Sequence record: OZ035771.1
Strand: one strand, 5' to 3'
DNA length: 64,000 nucleotides
Source: Phapecoctavirus DIJ07P2
The stretch's first letter is position 1. Each line of letters begins with the position of its first letter. The notes below the pieces were generated by a model, which did not search any database, was not told where the DNA came from, and saw only the letters and a list, made by a program, of their open reading frames with translations. This document shows positions 19,655 through 28,481 of this stretch, piece after piece. Position numbers and translations under genes: made by a program.

Positions 19655-19938
19655 CAATGAATCTCCCCTAAAATGTTGTTTTGAGACATTACTGCGGAGC
19701 ATTCTACAGCATCATGAGTCCTTGCAAAACGCTCCCACAACACAGCATCTACTTTAAGAACCATACAAGGATAAATACTGTCGTTGATCATGTCAATGCT
19801 ATATTTATCTACATCCTTTTCATCTTCCATAAACAAAGTAGCGTATGCTTCTAAATGCTTACGGGTGTAGTATACATCCTCTTCAGTAAGACCGACAACC
19901 AGGTAACTTGCTACAACAACAGTATTATCTTCTTGCAT
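19654..19938 (-). CDS. hypothetical protein (94 aa)
   Basis: internal ATG 19938 with SD aggggag, directly after upstream stop; preferred over overlapping track start. Confidence 0.4.
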   Translation of the reverse strand: MQEDNTVVVASYLVVGLTEEDVYYTRKHLEAYATLFMEDEKDVDKYSIDMINDSIYPCMVLKVDAVLWERFARTHDAVECSAVMSQNNILGEIH

Positions 19939-19939
19939 T

Positions 19940-20461
19940 TTAACTCCCCTTTGGTAGATAGAAACCATGCACTTTATCTCGATAAACAAGACGCATATCA
20001 CGTTCCCAGTGTGTCCTTATATTCCGTTTCTTGAAGTATAGAGCACCTTTAGTAACATCTAAAACAGACCGCAATTCAGGAAAATGTTTCTCTAAATAAA
20101 GTAAACGCTCCGCTATTGCTTTTGCTTCCTGCCACTTATCTTTCTCTGTCACGTTAAAAGTTTTCGCATATGAGAATTGCCCTTTCTGGAACAAGACTCC
20201 TCTAACTGTGTTAGGGAAGTAGGTATCATTTCTTCTGTTGATTACCACATTCCCAACGGCATTCATTCCTTTTTTACCCAGACCGCGACCTTCTGCGTAA
20301 ATTGCACAAGCTAATAGAATTTTATCATTATATTGCTTTGTACATTTGTGAACTACTTTAGCGGTTTTTACGTTTGCAGCTTCGGCTTTCGCCACAACAG
20401 GTGTAAATGTAAAAGCAGTTAAGGATAGTAACGCAACTGTTACAAAGTTTTTTATCAGCAA
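19940..20461 (-). CDS. secreted cell-wall hydrolase (SleB/Hydrolase_2-like)
   Basis: signal peptide MLIKNFVTVALLSLTAFTFTPVVAKA; LACAIYAEGRG...NVVINR block; TTG start with SD aaaggagg. Confidence 0.5.
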   Translation of the reverse strand: MLIKNFVTVALLSLTAFTFTPVVAKAEAANVKTAKVVHKCTKQYNDKILLACAIYAEGRGLGKKGMNAVGNVVINRRNDTYFPNTVRGVLFQKGQFSYAKTFNVTEKDKWQEAKAIAERLLYLEKHFPELRSVLDVTKGALYFKKRNIRTHWERDMRLVYRDKVHGFYLPKGS

Positions 20462-20493
20462 ATTTTGCCTCCTTTTTAAGTTAACGAATTTCT

Positions 20494-20544
20494 AGTATAA
20501 CACGATAGAGGCTTTATTGCAAGAGGGGGATTTCTCCCCCCCTC
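20494..20544 (-). promoter_or_regulatory. GC-rich inverted repeat followed by sigma70-like promoter (TTGCAA-N17-TATACT)
   Basis: gagggggatttctccccccctc hairpin 20523-20544 downstream of TerD-like stop; promoter elements 20494-20522. Confidence 0.4.
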
Positions 20545-20562
20545 AAAATCATTTGTTAATTA

Positions 20563-21165
20563 TTATGGACATTCATACCATTCTTTTTTACCACCGAAGG
20601 CCATCACCACATCACAAATATCCAGACCAGCTTTACCTACACCATATGCTTTCAGCTTCCATTCCCCATCTTCACGAACCAAGGAAGCCACGTGGCAGAT
20701 TGTGTTACCAGCTACTTCAGGAGCCAGGAAGTCAAAATCCAGAATTTCCACATTACGCTCGGAGTCGAAGATTTTAAGCATACCTTCAGAAGCATGACCA
20801 AAACGTTTCAGACCTGTATCATCATCAATGGTCAGAACAAAGGCAATCTCTTGTGCATCAGGAGAGATTTTAGCCAGAGTAATATCAATCTGCTCCATGC
20901 TGCCAGTCCCATCACGAACATCGTCACCAGCGAAGGTAGAACGTTCAGGATCAAACTTGTTAGCATAGCAAACCAGATGACGTGCGGACAGCATTTCAGG
21001 ATTGCCAGCGGCATTATGACGACAAACCAGTGCACTTACATCCAGATCCAGTTTAGAATCAGATTTCCAAGAGAATTCCAGGCGCAGTTCTTTCAGAGCC
21101 GGAGCAACTTTCTTCAGGGAAATTTTTTCGCTAGAGCCTTTTTTCAGGGAAATTTTATCAGTCAT
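20563..21165 (-). CDS. TerD-family protein
   Basis: 200 aa; N-terminal ISLKKGSSEKISLKK and length typical of TerD/general stress 16U family. Confidence 0.65.
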   Translation of the reverse strand: MTDKISLKKGSSEKISLKKVAPALKELRLEFSWKSDSKLDLDVSALVCRHNAAGNPEMLSARHLVCYANKFDPERSTFAGDDVRDGTGSMEQIDITLAKISPDAQEIAFVLTIDDDTGLKRFGHASEGMLKIFDSERNVEILDFDFLAPEVAGNTICHVASLVREDGEWKLKAYGVGKAGLDICDVVMAFGGKKEWYECP

Positions 21166-21180
21166 CTTTTGTCTCCTCTA

Positions 21181-21450
21181 TTATTTAAGTGTAATACCAG
21201 TTACAGTCAATTCTACTTCCAAAAGCTTAGATGTGTTTTGGATTGATACTAATTGTGCATGATGGTTTAGTTCTACAGCAGAATAATCATTTTCCCCATC
21301 ATCTACTTTTAAATAAACAATGATTTCACTAAGGTCTAAACCATTTTCGTCAAATGCATTTTCATAGACGAAAGTATCTCCTACATCCAAATCTTTAATG
21401 GTAAGGCATCGTTTATTTACTTTTTGCTCATCAATTTCGAAGTTTAACAC
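21181..21450 (-). CDS. hypothetical protein (89 aa), paralogue of 22472..22750
   Basis: shared block DLDVGDTFVYENAFDENGLD versus DLGIGDTFMYYDAYEDAGLD; SD aggagg. Confidence 0.45.
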   Translation of the reverse strand: MLNFEIDEQKVNKRCLTIKDLDVGDTFVYENAFDENGLDLSEIIVYLKVDDGENDYSAVELNHHAQLVSIQNTSKLLEVELTVTGITLK

Positions 21451-21679
21451 TTCTTCCTCCTAATGTTATCTCCGGTTTGTATATACGAAGAATTATAGCA
21501 TTTTCATTTTCTTTGTCAACCCATTCTTCATAATCGGGCCATACATGAATCTCTACTCTACTTACAATATCTTCCATTCGCACAGTCCCAATGAAATACT
21601 CTTTGAGACTGCGCATAATGAAAGCTTCTCTCTCGCGCCAATAATTTTCTACGACTTGAGAGGCAAGCTCGTCGATCAT
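21431..21679 (-). CDS. hypothetical protein (82 aa)
   Basis: track ORF; overlaps neighbours at both ends. Confidence 0.4.
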   Translation of the reverse strand: MIDELASQVVENYWREREAFIMRSLKEYFIGTVRMEDIVSRVEIHVWPDYEEWVDKENENAIILRIYKPEITLGGRSVKLRN

Positions 21680-22470
21680 TTTTTAGCACCTACTTTAACA
21701 ACCCACTCTCCGAACTCTTCAGATAAGAGTTTGTCATAAAGCTCTGAATCTGTCAAGTCTAAATCTTTAATGCCAATAAAACCAACATTATCATAAGCAT
21801 TTGCCAGTTCTTTCAGGAAGCCAAACTTCTCATTACCAACGCCAACCATGAACCAATAAATAGGTTTATTCTTATTCTCTTCAATAAGACGACGAACAGC
21901 ACTAGGATCACCATTCTCACCATCCGTCTGGAAGAATACAACACCAGGGGTAACGTCAGCACCTGGTTCAGATACAGCTACAACTTTTTCACGCTCTACA
22001 GACACTGTTTCAGTTTTACCAAGCAGACGATTAAAGAAGCCTTTCTTTGGAGCCTCCTCTTGTACCACTTGTTTAGTGGTAATATATTTGGTAACAGTGC
22101 CAAAATACTCATCGTAGATATCTGCCATTACAGGGGCGTAATTTGTTCCACCTCCGATACGAACATTGCGCATACATTTACCAACATAGTCATCGTAAAC
22201 GTCTGCTGTTGCTGGAGTAAGCTCTTGGGAACTCGTATTGAAGGCCCACATATCAATTTGTTGATTATCGTCGAACAGCATACCAAAAGGAAGCAGTTTA
22301 CCTACAAAATCACTCACTACCCCACTAGAATATAGGCCATGCATACTACCAGAAATATCTAGAGCACATGCTACACGAAGAACAATCTTACCTTCATTCA
22401 GGTTCTTATTCTTTTTCAGAGAGAAAGCAAGGTTTTCTTGACGTTTTTTCAGGCTGATTTTCTCGGACAT
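21676..22470 (-). CDS. von Willebrand factor A (vWA) domain protein, TerY-like
   Basis: MIDAS-type DxSxS motif ALDISGSMHG; N-terminus MSEKISLKK resembles the adjacent TerD-like start. Confidence 0.55.
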   Translation of the reverse strand: MSEKISLKKRQENLAFSLKKNKNLNEGKIVLRVACALDISGSMHGLYSSGVVSDFVGKLLPFGMLFDDNQQIDMWAFNTSSQELTPATADVYDDYVGKCMRNVRIGGGTNYAPVMADIYDEYFGTVTKYITTKQVVQEEAPKKGFFNRLLGKTETVSVEREKVVAVSEPGADVTPGVVFFQTDGENGDPSAVRRLIEENKNKPIYWFMVGVGNEKFGFLKELANAYDNVGFIGIKDLDLTDSELYDKLLSEEFGEWVVKVGAKK

Positions 22471-22471
22471 A

Positions 22472-22750
22472 TTATTTCTCCTTCTTAAGTGTAATATTGG
22501 TAACTTCTAAATCTACTTCCACCATATTTGTATCTGGCGGGATGCAATGAGTATAGCCTCGTTGTGCTAGTGATCCATTAATACAGATCGCACTGTTTGT
22601 GGAATTTTTAATGAACACCAAGTTACGGTAGGTATCCAACCCTGCGTCTTCATAGGCATCATAATACATGAATGTGTCCCCTATGCCAAGGTCTTCGAAA
22701 GCAATAGGTAAATCCTGACACTTTTCTTCTTGAATATTGAATCTAAACAC
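22472..22750 (-). CDS. hypothetical protein (92 aa), paralogue of 21181..21450
   Basis: GTG 22750 with SD gaggagg matches the paralogue's N-terminus; track start 22816 would overlap upstream gene by 74 nt. Confidence 0.4.
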   Translation of the reverse strand: MFRFNIQEEKCQDLPIAFEDLGIGDTFMYYDAYEDAGLDTYRNLVFIKNSTNSAICINGSLAQRGYTHCIPPDTNMVEVDLEVTNITLKKEK

Positions 22751-23306
22751 GCATACCTCCTCTACCAATTTTGAAGCCCAAATCGTAAGCTTCCTTAGTG
22801 ATCTTTTGTAACTCACTTATAGAAAGTGTTACAAGAGGATCATCTTCTTCAATTTCCATCTTGTCATCTTCTGTTTCAATGAGAGTATTATGCACTTTGT
22901 GATAAGGGTTGTCAACACGTTTAAACTTATTCTTTTCTGTGCTGAAAAAACAATCTGGATCTTCTTCACCATCACCCCAACCTTGGTTAGGATCTCCGTC
23001 AGATTGTTCTGTAGGGATTTCACCTGTAAAGTACTTTTCCAGCACCATAGCGATACCGTCTCTTGGATTTGAGGAATGCATTAAATCACAAACCTTACCC
23101 CAATCCATAGCCCATTCGAACCGTTCACGAACGCCATTTTCATCCTCCTTTCCAGAGAAAACACAACCATAACTATCATAGTTGCCATACATCTCTTCAA
23201 TAACAACACCATCCTTCAAAAGAAAGAGATAGCAAGGTGATCCGTCGAAAGAAGTAGAAAGGGCAGCTTTGCCCGATTCCTTACACAAAAAGCTAAAACA
23301 ACCCAT
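22743..23306 (-). CDS. hypothetical protein (187 aa), acidic
   Basis: track ORF; no recognisable motif. Confidence 0.45.
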   Translation of the reverse strand: MGCFSFLCKESGKAALSTSFDGSPCYLFLLKDGVVIEEMYGNYDSYGCVFSGKEDENGVRERFEWAMDWGKVCDLMHSSNPRDGIAMVLEKYFTGEIPTEQSDGDPNQGWGDGEEDPDCFFSTEKNKFKRVDNPYHKVHNTLIETEDDKMEIEEDDPLVTLSISELQKITKEAYDLGFKIGRGGMRV

Positions 23307-23503
23307 TACAAACCCTCCTTCAGATTATCAAGAGCTATAGTGGTTTCACAAAAGTCTCCATACGCTTTATGATGTTCTAGAAAAGCTTCAGGTCCACCCC
23401 AATCATTATCTTGTGTATTCCAACCATCAATAAAAGCATCTTCAATGATTGTGATCAGTTCCTGTCGAGTCAACGTAATGGTATCAGGTTTTGGATTATG
23501 CAT
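23306..23503 (-). CDS. hypothetical protein (65 aa)
   Basis: track ORF; start overlaps upstream stop. Confidence 0.35.
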   Translation of the reverse strand: MHNPKPDTITLTRQELITIIEDAFIDGWNTQDNDWGGPEAFLEHHKAYGDFCETTIALDNLKEGL

Positions 23504-23669
23504 CTTCTTCCTCCTCTAAAATACGAAACCCATAGTTACAATAGTCCTGAAAGGTTTCGTGTGCAAGATCTTCTATATCCTCTTGAGACATATCATCTTC
23601 AATTTCGATATCCACAACCTCATTGCATCCACACCAAGCAGTTTCAATATTCACTCGTAAAGTTTTCAT
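23496..23669 (-). CDS. small acidic protein (57 aa)
   Basis: ATG 23669 in ATGA overlap with upstream stop, SD gaggaag; below track cut-off. Confidence 0.3.
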   Translation of the reverse strand: MKTLRVNIETAWCGCNEVVDIEIEDDMSQEDIEDLAHETFQDYCNYGFRILEEEEDA

Positions 23670-23872
23670 TCTTCTTCCTCATTAAATTCCACATCAGAAA
23701 TAACTTTAAATCTACCAAAGTTACGACAACCTTCATAGATATATCCATCACGACAAGCTGCAAAAATATCTGGAGTTTGTAGCTGGGTCATTGGGGCAAA
23801 GCGTTTCTCTTCGTCATAACGAACACCTATTTCTCCAGCTTGTTCGTCAAGCATGTATACACGGATTCTCAT
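23666..23872 (-). CDS. hypothetical protein (68 aa)
   Basis: track ORF; acidic C-terminus. Confidence 0.35.
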   Translation of the reverse strand: MRIRVYMLDEQAGEIGVRYDEEKRFAPMTQLQTPDIFAACRDGYIYEGCRNFGRFKVISDVEFNEEEE

Positions 23873-24981
23873 TTACCCAACCCCTTCTTAACAGCGTCAA
23901 CCATCCCATCTTCGAGAGATTGAACTTCATTGATATAATCAACACGGGCAGCACGGGCTTCCGTATTGATGCGGTTAGTTTCTTCCAACATCTTAACCAA
24001 GTTTTCCTGATCGTGACGCAGAGTTTCAATATCCAACACTTGACGGTTAGCCAGTGCTGCTGCTTCGATCTGATTCTGTGTGGCAAGATCGCTACCCAGT
24101 TTAATTGCCAGGTTAAATTCATCAAGAACGTTATTCTGTGTCTCTGCGGCTTTCATTTGACGTAAGCTCTCAATATACATTGAGAAGTTAGCAGAGTAAG
24201 CAGGAATAACATTATTTACTATGTTACGCGCAGATCGCATTAAGCTTGCAGAAACTTTTTGCATACCTTGCACACGTGGTCCCATTTGGACACACAGTAG
24301 GCGCAATGCTTTTAAATCCGCAATACGAATCTCCAGAAGATCCAAAGTATCTCGGATCGCTTGTCGCTGTTCTACCGCATCTTCTGGAAGAGCAGCCAAA
24401 GCTTGTTCTTCTTTTTCATAGGTTGCTGTTAGAAGCTGCATATCTCGGTTCAAACTTGCAGCATATTGTCCAATAGCTTGATGTAGCTTTTCAAGATATA
24501 CCAAGGAATCTTCTTCTTTGCGAATATCCATTTGAAGGTTCTTTACCAACTCTTCAATACGGTTATTAACATTATCAAACTCCCCAAACAGGTCTTCTTT
24601 CATACCCATAACTTTTTTAATGAGTTTAGTAATACCTTTGCTTTGTTTAATAGAGTTTGGATCAAGTTGTTTTGCCTGTTTAATCAAAGCTGTGAGTCGT
24701 TCACTCATCTGATCGCCTTGATTACTACGTTGATGTTTTAATACCTCGGCATTCAAGGAACGCAAGGTTGTTCCTGCCTCTGCCCCGATCTCTTCGATCT
24801 CTTGTCGTGTCATAGAAGGTAAAACTGGAACTTCTTGCGGTGCCGCTGGTGCATAAACAGGACTGGCATCTAACACGCTTGGAGCGAATACAGATTTACT
24901 TGCATCTGTTGTTGCAGCAAATACGCTCATTTCAGGTTTCTTCTGACAGCCAGTAGCTGCTTTTAAAAATGGACTTGTCAT
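23869..24981 (-). CDS. TelA-like (toxic anion resistance family) coiled-coil protein
   Basis: 370 aa, predominantly helical/charged, size and genomic context (next to TerD, vWA, TerC) fit TelA/KlaA family; weak by sequence alone. Confidence 0.4.
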   Translation of the reverse strand: MTSPFLKAATGCQKKPEMSVFAATTDASKSVFAPSVLDASPVYAPAAPQEVPVLPSMTRQEIEEIGAEAGTTLRSLNAEVLKHQRSNQGDQMSERLTALIKQAKQLDPNSIKQSKGITKLIKKVMGMKEDLFGEFDNVNNRIEELVKNLQMDIRKEEDSLVYLEKLHQAIGQYAASLNRDMQLLTATYEKEEQALAALPEDAVEQRQAIRDTLDLLEIRIADLKALRLLCVQMGPRVQGMQKVSASLMRSARNIVNNVIPAYSANFSMYIESLRQMKAAETQNNVLDEFNLAIKLGSDLATQNQIEAAALANRQVLDIETLRHDQENLVKMLEETNRINTEARAARVDYINEVQSLEDGMVDAVKKGLGK

Positions 24982-25568
24982 TCTTCATTCTCCTCTTCTG
25001 CATCTCTTATATATGGTGAAACACCGTACTCTTTAGCTACTTTAACCCAATCGTCCCATTTATACAACCATAATTTTCCTTCGGTCCCTTCTTTATCTGA
25101 TTTCAACCACATATTAGGTTGCTTACCTGGGTACATGCGATTAGGTTTACGATTATAACCTCTAACACATCTTGTCGCAAACCTATCTACCAGAACAAGA
25201 ACATATTTATATTCGTGGTTCAACGGCTCTTTGGAAGTGGCTTTAGGATTAGCCCCTAACTCTGCTGCCAGTTTTTGCCAATGAGCACCGTGTCTACTAA
25301 ACTTACCCATACAACCATCAATAGCATGAGCAATTTCGTGCTTCATTGTATCCACGATCATATCTCTTGTAGAGTTCTTATGCAAGTGCCAATTTACAAC
25401 AACAATTTTATCTCGGTAATTGCACCAACCAAAAGAGTTATTCACTTTGTTTCTAACGCAAGCTTTATATCCTGCTTCACGTAACATGTTGTAGTAAACA
25501 GGAAAATCTTCTTTTATTTCCTGCATCACTTCCCACCACAAGAGTTGCAAGTCTCTCTCGGTATGCAT
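24978..25568 (-). CDS. SprT-like zinc metallopeptidase-domain protein
   Basis: HExxH motif in MKHEIAHAIDG followed by GAHWQKLAAELG. Confidence 0.4.
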   Translation of the reverse strand: MHTERDLQLLWWEVMQEIKEDFPVYYNMLREAGYKACVRNKVNNSFGWCNYRDKIVVVNWHLHKNSTRDMIVDTMKHEIAHAIDGCMGKFSRHGAHWQKLAAELGANPKATSKEPLNHEYKYVLVLVDRFATRCVRGYNRKPNRMYPGKQPNMWLKSDKEGTEGKLWLYKWDDWVKVAKEYGVSPYIRDAEEENEE

Positions 25569-25571
25569 AAC

Positions 25572-26165
25572 TTACACCTTAAAAGTGAAATGCGTGGTCG
25601 TGGCTTCAAAATCAGGACCAGATAAACGTGCACTGAAATCTGAAATATTTGTAATTAAAAAGCTTTTATGCATACCTAACACAGCCACGCTTTCAATATC
25701 TTCTACTAACATTTCAATCATGTTAGAAACATGGCTGAACGTAGGGTTTTGTTTTTTGATGGTGTAGAAAGAAAGATTCCCACCTGCTGTATAAGATACC
25801 TCTTCAAAATCTTTAATCGTATATTGTGTGCCATCAGTAAAGAAAATGGTAGCTTTATTAGTAGCACGTTTCTTGTTTTTTGGTCCTTTTTTACGTTTAC
25901 TGCGAGTAGGCAAACCGTTTGGGAACACCATAGCTACAAATTCTTCAGGAGAAACCTCCTTACCGAAATCATAACCATAAGAAACAGCGTCTATAAACTC
26001 GTCGTCTTCATTTTTAAAATAATGAAAATAGGGCCAATTTGAGAGATTATCGAGCATCTTATGCTCATCCACAGCAGAGAACGTATCCCTCAAAGCACGT
26101 GTGATTTGCAAAGCATTAGGCAAACTTTTAACACCTGTAATGGAAGTACGAATAGAAATTGTCAT
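25572..26165 (-). CDS. hypothetical protein (197 aa)
   Basis: track ORF; basic patch RSKRKKGPKNKKR. Confidence 0.45.
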   Translation of the reverse strand: MTISIRTSITGVKSLPNALQITRALRDTFSAVDEHKMLDNLSNWPYFHYFKNEDDEFIDAVSYGYDFGKEVSPEEFVAMVFPNGLPTRSKRKKGPKNKKRATNKATIFFTDGTQYTIKDFEEVSYTAGGNLSFYTIKKQNPTFSHVSNMIEMLVEDIESVAVLGMHKSFLITNISDFSARLSGPDFEATTTHFTFKV

Positions 26166-26179
26166 TGTTTTTCTCCTTA

Positions 26180-26617
26180 TTAACGTCGCTTGCTACGAGA
26201 TGAACTCTTTTTACTTAAAGGGCTATTGTAAGATTTACGAGTTGTATAGCTACTATTTGTTTTAAAAGTTTGTCTCGGCTTTTCATAAGTTTTTGTCTCT
26301 TGTTTAGGCTTACCATAAAAATTAGTTTTCGGTTTAGGTGTATTATAATGCTTATTAATAATCGTTCTGTTATCGTTATAATCCCCGCCACTACGATTAC
26401 TACCACCGCTCATCATATGCCCTAACAACATACCTGTAGCAAACTCACCAACACCGCTACTACTAGAACCGCCACCATTGTTGATAATAGTTGTATCTCC
26501 ATCAGATCCTTGTTGGGCGTATTGTTGAGGAGGTTGTTGGTATTGTGCAGGATTTGTTTCATCCTCGCAAGCTGTTAAAAAGATACAACCAATTAAAATC
26601 AGGGCTAGTTTTTTCAT
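26180..26617 (-). CDS. lipoprotein with glycine-zipper and Gly/Ser-rich region
   Basis: start moved to ATG 26617 (SD gaggaaag); signal peptide plus lipobox MKKLALILIGCIFLTAC; GVGEFATGMLLGHMMSGG. Confidence 0.5.
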   Translation of the reverse strand: MKKLALILIGCIFLTACEDETNPAQYQQPPQQYAQQGSDGDTTIINNGGGSSSSGVGEFATGMLLGHMMSGGSNRSGGDYNDNRTIINKHYNTPKPKTNFYGKPKQETKTYEKPRQTFKTNSSYTTRKSYNSPLSKKSSSRSKRR

Positions 26618-26804
26618 ATTTGCTTTCCTCATTTTGACTATTAATACATCTGTGTTTGAAATCTCCAGAGAAGCAATAAATTTGCTCTCCATCTCGGTAT
26701 AAACTCACTTTACTGCCGTTGATTACGCTTGTCAATACAAAAATTACAACAAACAACCCTATTGCAAAACAGATATTTTCAAACACAACCAACAAGTATT
26801 TCAT
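26559..26804 (-). CDS. small membrane protein candidate (81 aa)
   Basis: track ORF; hydrophobic N-terminus; ATGA overlap with upstream stop; 3' end overlaps lipoprotein start by about 59 nt, so uncertain. Confidence 0.3.
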   Translation of the reverse strand: MKYLLVVFENICFAIGLFVVIFVLTSVINGSKVSLYRDGEQIYCFSGDFKHRCINSQNEESKYEKTSPDFNWLYLFNSLRG

Positions 26805-27151
26805 TTTAAAAATACCTCATCATCAGTTTCATTATCCCAGAAGAACAAATCCCAACCATTTGGATCGTTCCATTTGGCTGCTGGAGAAGTCCATATTTGC
26901 TCGATATCAATATTCAAAACTTCACCGTTTCGTTTTGAAACAGCTTTAGTTAATTCCCAACGGGATACAGGCTCCACTTCCCCTGAACCACTCCCACAAC
27001 AAGCTACCACATTAGGAGGCAAATTAATTGGATCTTTGGTCACGATCATAACGCTTACCCCAGGGTAAACTTTTGAAAGATAATCTAAAACGTAATCCAC
27101 ATCACCAGATAAATCCCAAACAAGTTCTTGAATTTCATCAAAATTATTCAT
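26801..27151 (-). CDS. hypothetical protein (116 aa)
   Basis: track ORF; acidic, Trp-rich. Confidence 0.45.
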   Translation of the reverse strand: MNNFDEIQELVWDLSGDVDYVLDYLSKVYPGVSVMIVTKDPINLPPNVVACCGSGSGEVEPVSRWELTKAVSKRNGEVLNIDIEQIWTSPAAKWNDPNGWDLFFWDNETDDEVFLK

Positions 27152-27193
27152 AAGTCTCTCCTATAAAATAGCCTCCCGAAGGAGGCTCATCTA

Positions 27194-28168
27194 TTAAACA
27201 GCAGCTTCTTCTTTTTCAGGGAAGATAAAGCTTGCAATAACACCAAGAGCTAATGTGCCTAGAACAATCATCAGACTTACGTTAGGGGAAATATCATGCG
27301 GGAGGAATGACCACTTGGCATGAAGTGTTTCACCGAACGGGTGATACATAAGTTTAGCACCGACAAACACCAGAACCACAGCAACAGCTTTCTCTAAGTG
27401 AACCAGATATTTCACAGCTACACTTAACACAAAGAAAAGTGCACGTAAACCAAGAACAGCCATCAACATTGCAGAATAAACTAGCAGAGGTTCTTGTGTC
27501 ACACCGATCACAGCCGGAACTGAATCAAAAGAGAAGACAATATCTGTAAGCTCAATTACAAACACACAAAGAAGAGCAGGAGTTGCATATTTAATACCAT
27601 TCTTAATGGTAATGAACTTTTCACCATCCAGTGCATTGTGCACAGGCAGAACTTTACCTACTAAACGAACAGCCCAATGCTTAGAGTAATCAATATCCTC
27701 TTCTTCGTCACCACCTTTGATGATAGCCACGGCAGACCAAGCTACAATCAAACCGAACAACACTTGGACCGACCAATGAAGGTTAAACAAAGCGGTCCCT
27801 GCTGCAACAAAAATACCTCGGAAGACAATGGCTCCTGCAATCCCCCAAAGTAGAATCTTATGTTGGAGATGTGTGCTCTTAATTCCAAAGCTTGCAAAAA
27901 TTGCCATGAACACCATTAGGTTATCTACAGAAAGACTCTTTTCCAACACATAGCCACTTAGGAAAAGCGCGGCAAACTCTTTACCATGTTCTACCCAAAT
28001 GAATGCGTAATACCCTAAAGCTAAAGCAATCCAAAAAACAGACCAAAGCAAAGCAGATTTAATTCCAATTTCTTTATTCTCTTTATGACCAAAGAAATCG
28101 ATACCAATAGACAATGCTAAAATACCAACTAAAACAACTACATCAATAATTGGGAAACCGAGTTGCAT
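27194..28168 (-). CDS. TerC-family integral membrane protein
   Basis: multiple TM helices; characteristic SLSVDNLMVF and FSFDSVPAV motifs; ATG 28168 with SD gagaggag. Confidence 0.6.
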   Translation of the reverse strand: MQLGFPIIDVVVLVGILALSIGIDFFGHKENKEIGIKSALLWSVFWIALALGYYAFIWVEHGKEFAALFLSGYVLEKSLSVDNLMVFMAIFASFGIKSTHLQHKILLWGIAGAIVFRGIFVAAGTALFNLHWSVQVLFGLIVAWSAVAIIKGGDEEEDIDYSKHWAVRLVGKVLPVHNALDGEKFITIKNGIKYATPALLCVFVIELTDIVFSFDSVPAVIGVTQEPLLVYSAMLMAVLGLRALFFVLSVAVKYLVHLEKAVAVVLVFVGAKLMYHPFGETLHAKWSFLPHDISPNVSLMIVLGTLALGVIASFIFPEKEEAAV

Positions 28169-28185
28169 TCTTTTCTCCTCTCTTT

Positions 28186-28244
28186 GCGGGGAACTATTCC
28201 CCGCTTCATGTGATATATCTTACTCTTTTTAAGAACTATGTCAA
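28186..28244 (-). promoter_or_regulatory. sigma70-like promoter plus 5' GC stem-loop cassette (same design as early-gene array) upstream of TerC gene
   Basis: minus strand TTGACA-N16-TAAGAT then atatcacatgaa and stem-loop gcggggaatagttccccgc, SD, ATG 28168. Confidence 0.5.
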
Positions 28245-28247
28245 CAC

Positions 28248-28469
28248 TTATTTTGTTGAATGAGAGGAAAAGATTCCTCGTAATACCGCCAAAATAAACG
28301 AAACACAAACCACGGTCCAGAAGGTTACTGGGACAGTGATATCTGCATGACCCATAACTTCAGCAACATAGTTGTAAGCCAGCAACAGTAACCAAGCTGG
28401 AATCAAACTAAGCATAAAAGCAATAACAAAAAAGCTTACCACTGCAACAATACCTGCAAAAACACCCAT
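28248..28469 (-). CDS. small membrane protein (73 aa)
   Basis: track ORF; two hydrophobic helices. Confidence 0.45.
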   Translation of the reverse strand: MGVFAGIVAVVSFFVIAFMLSLIPAWLLLLAYNYVAEVMGHADITVPVTFWTVVCVSFILAVLRGIFSSHSTK

Positions 28470-28481
28470 ACTAATCTCCTC

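Noticed and set aside
20692-21246. Plus-strand ORF of 184 aa opposite the TerD-like gene
   Set aside because: Antisense to a gene with clear family signature; no SD; likely codon-structure shadow
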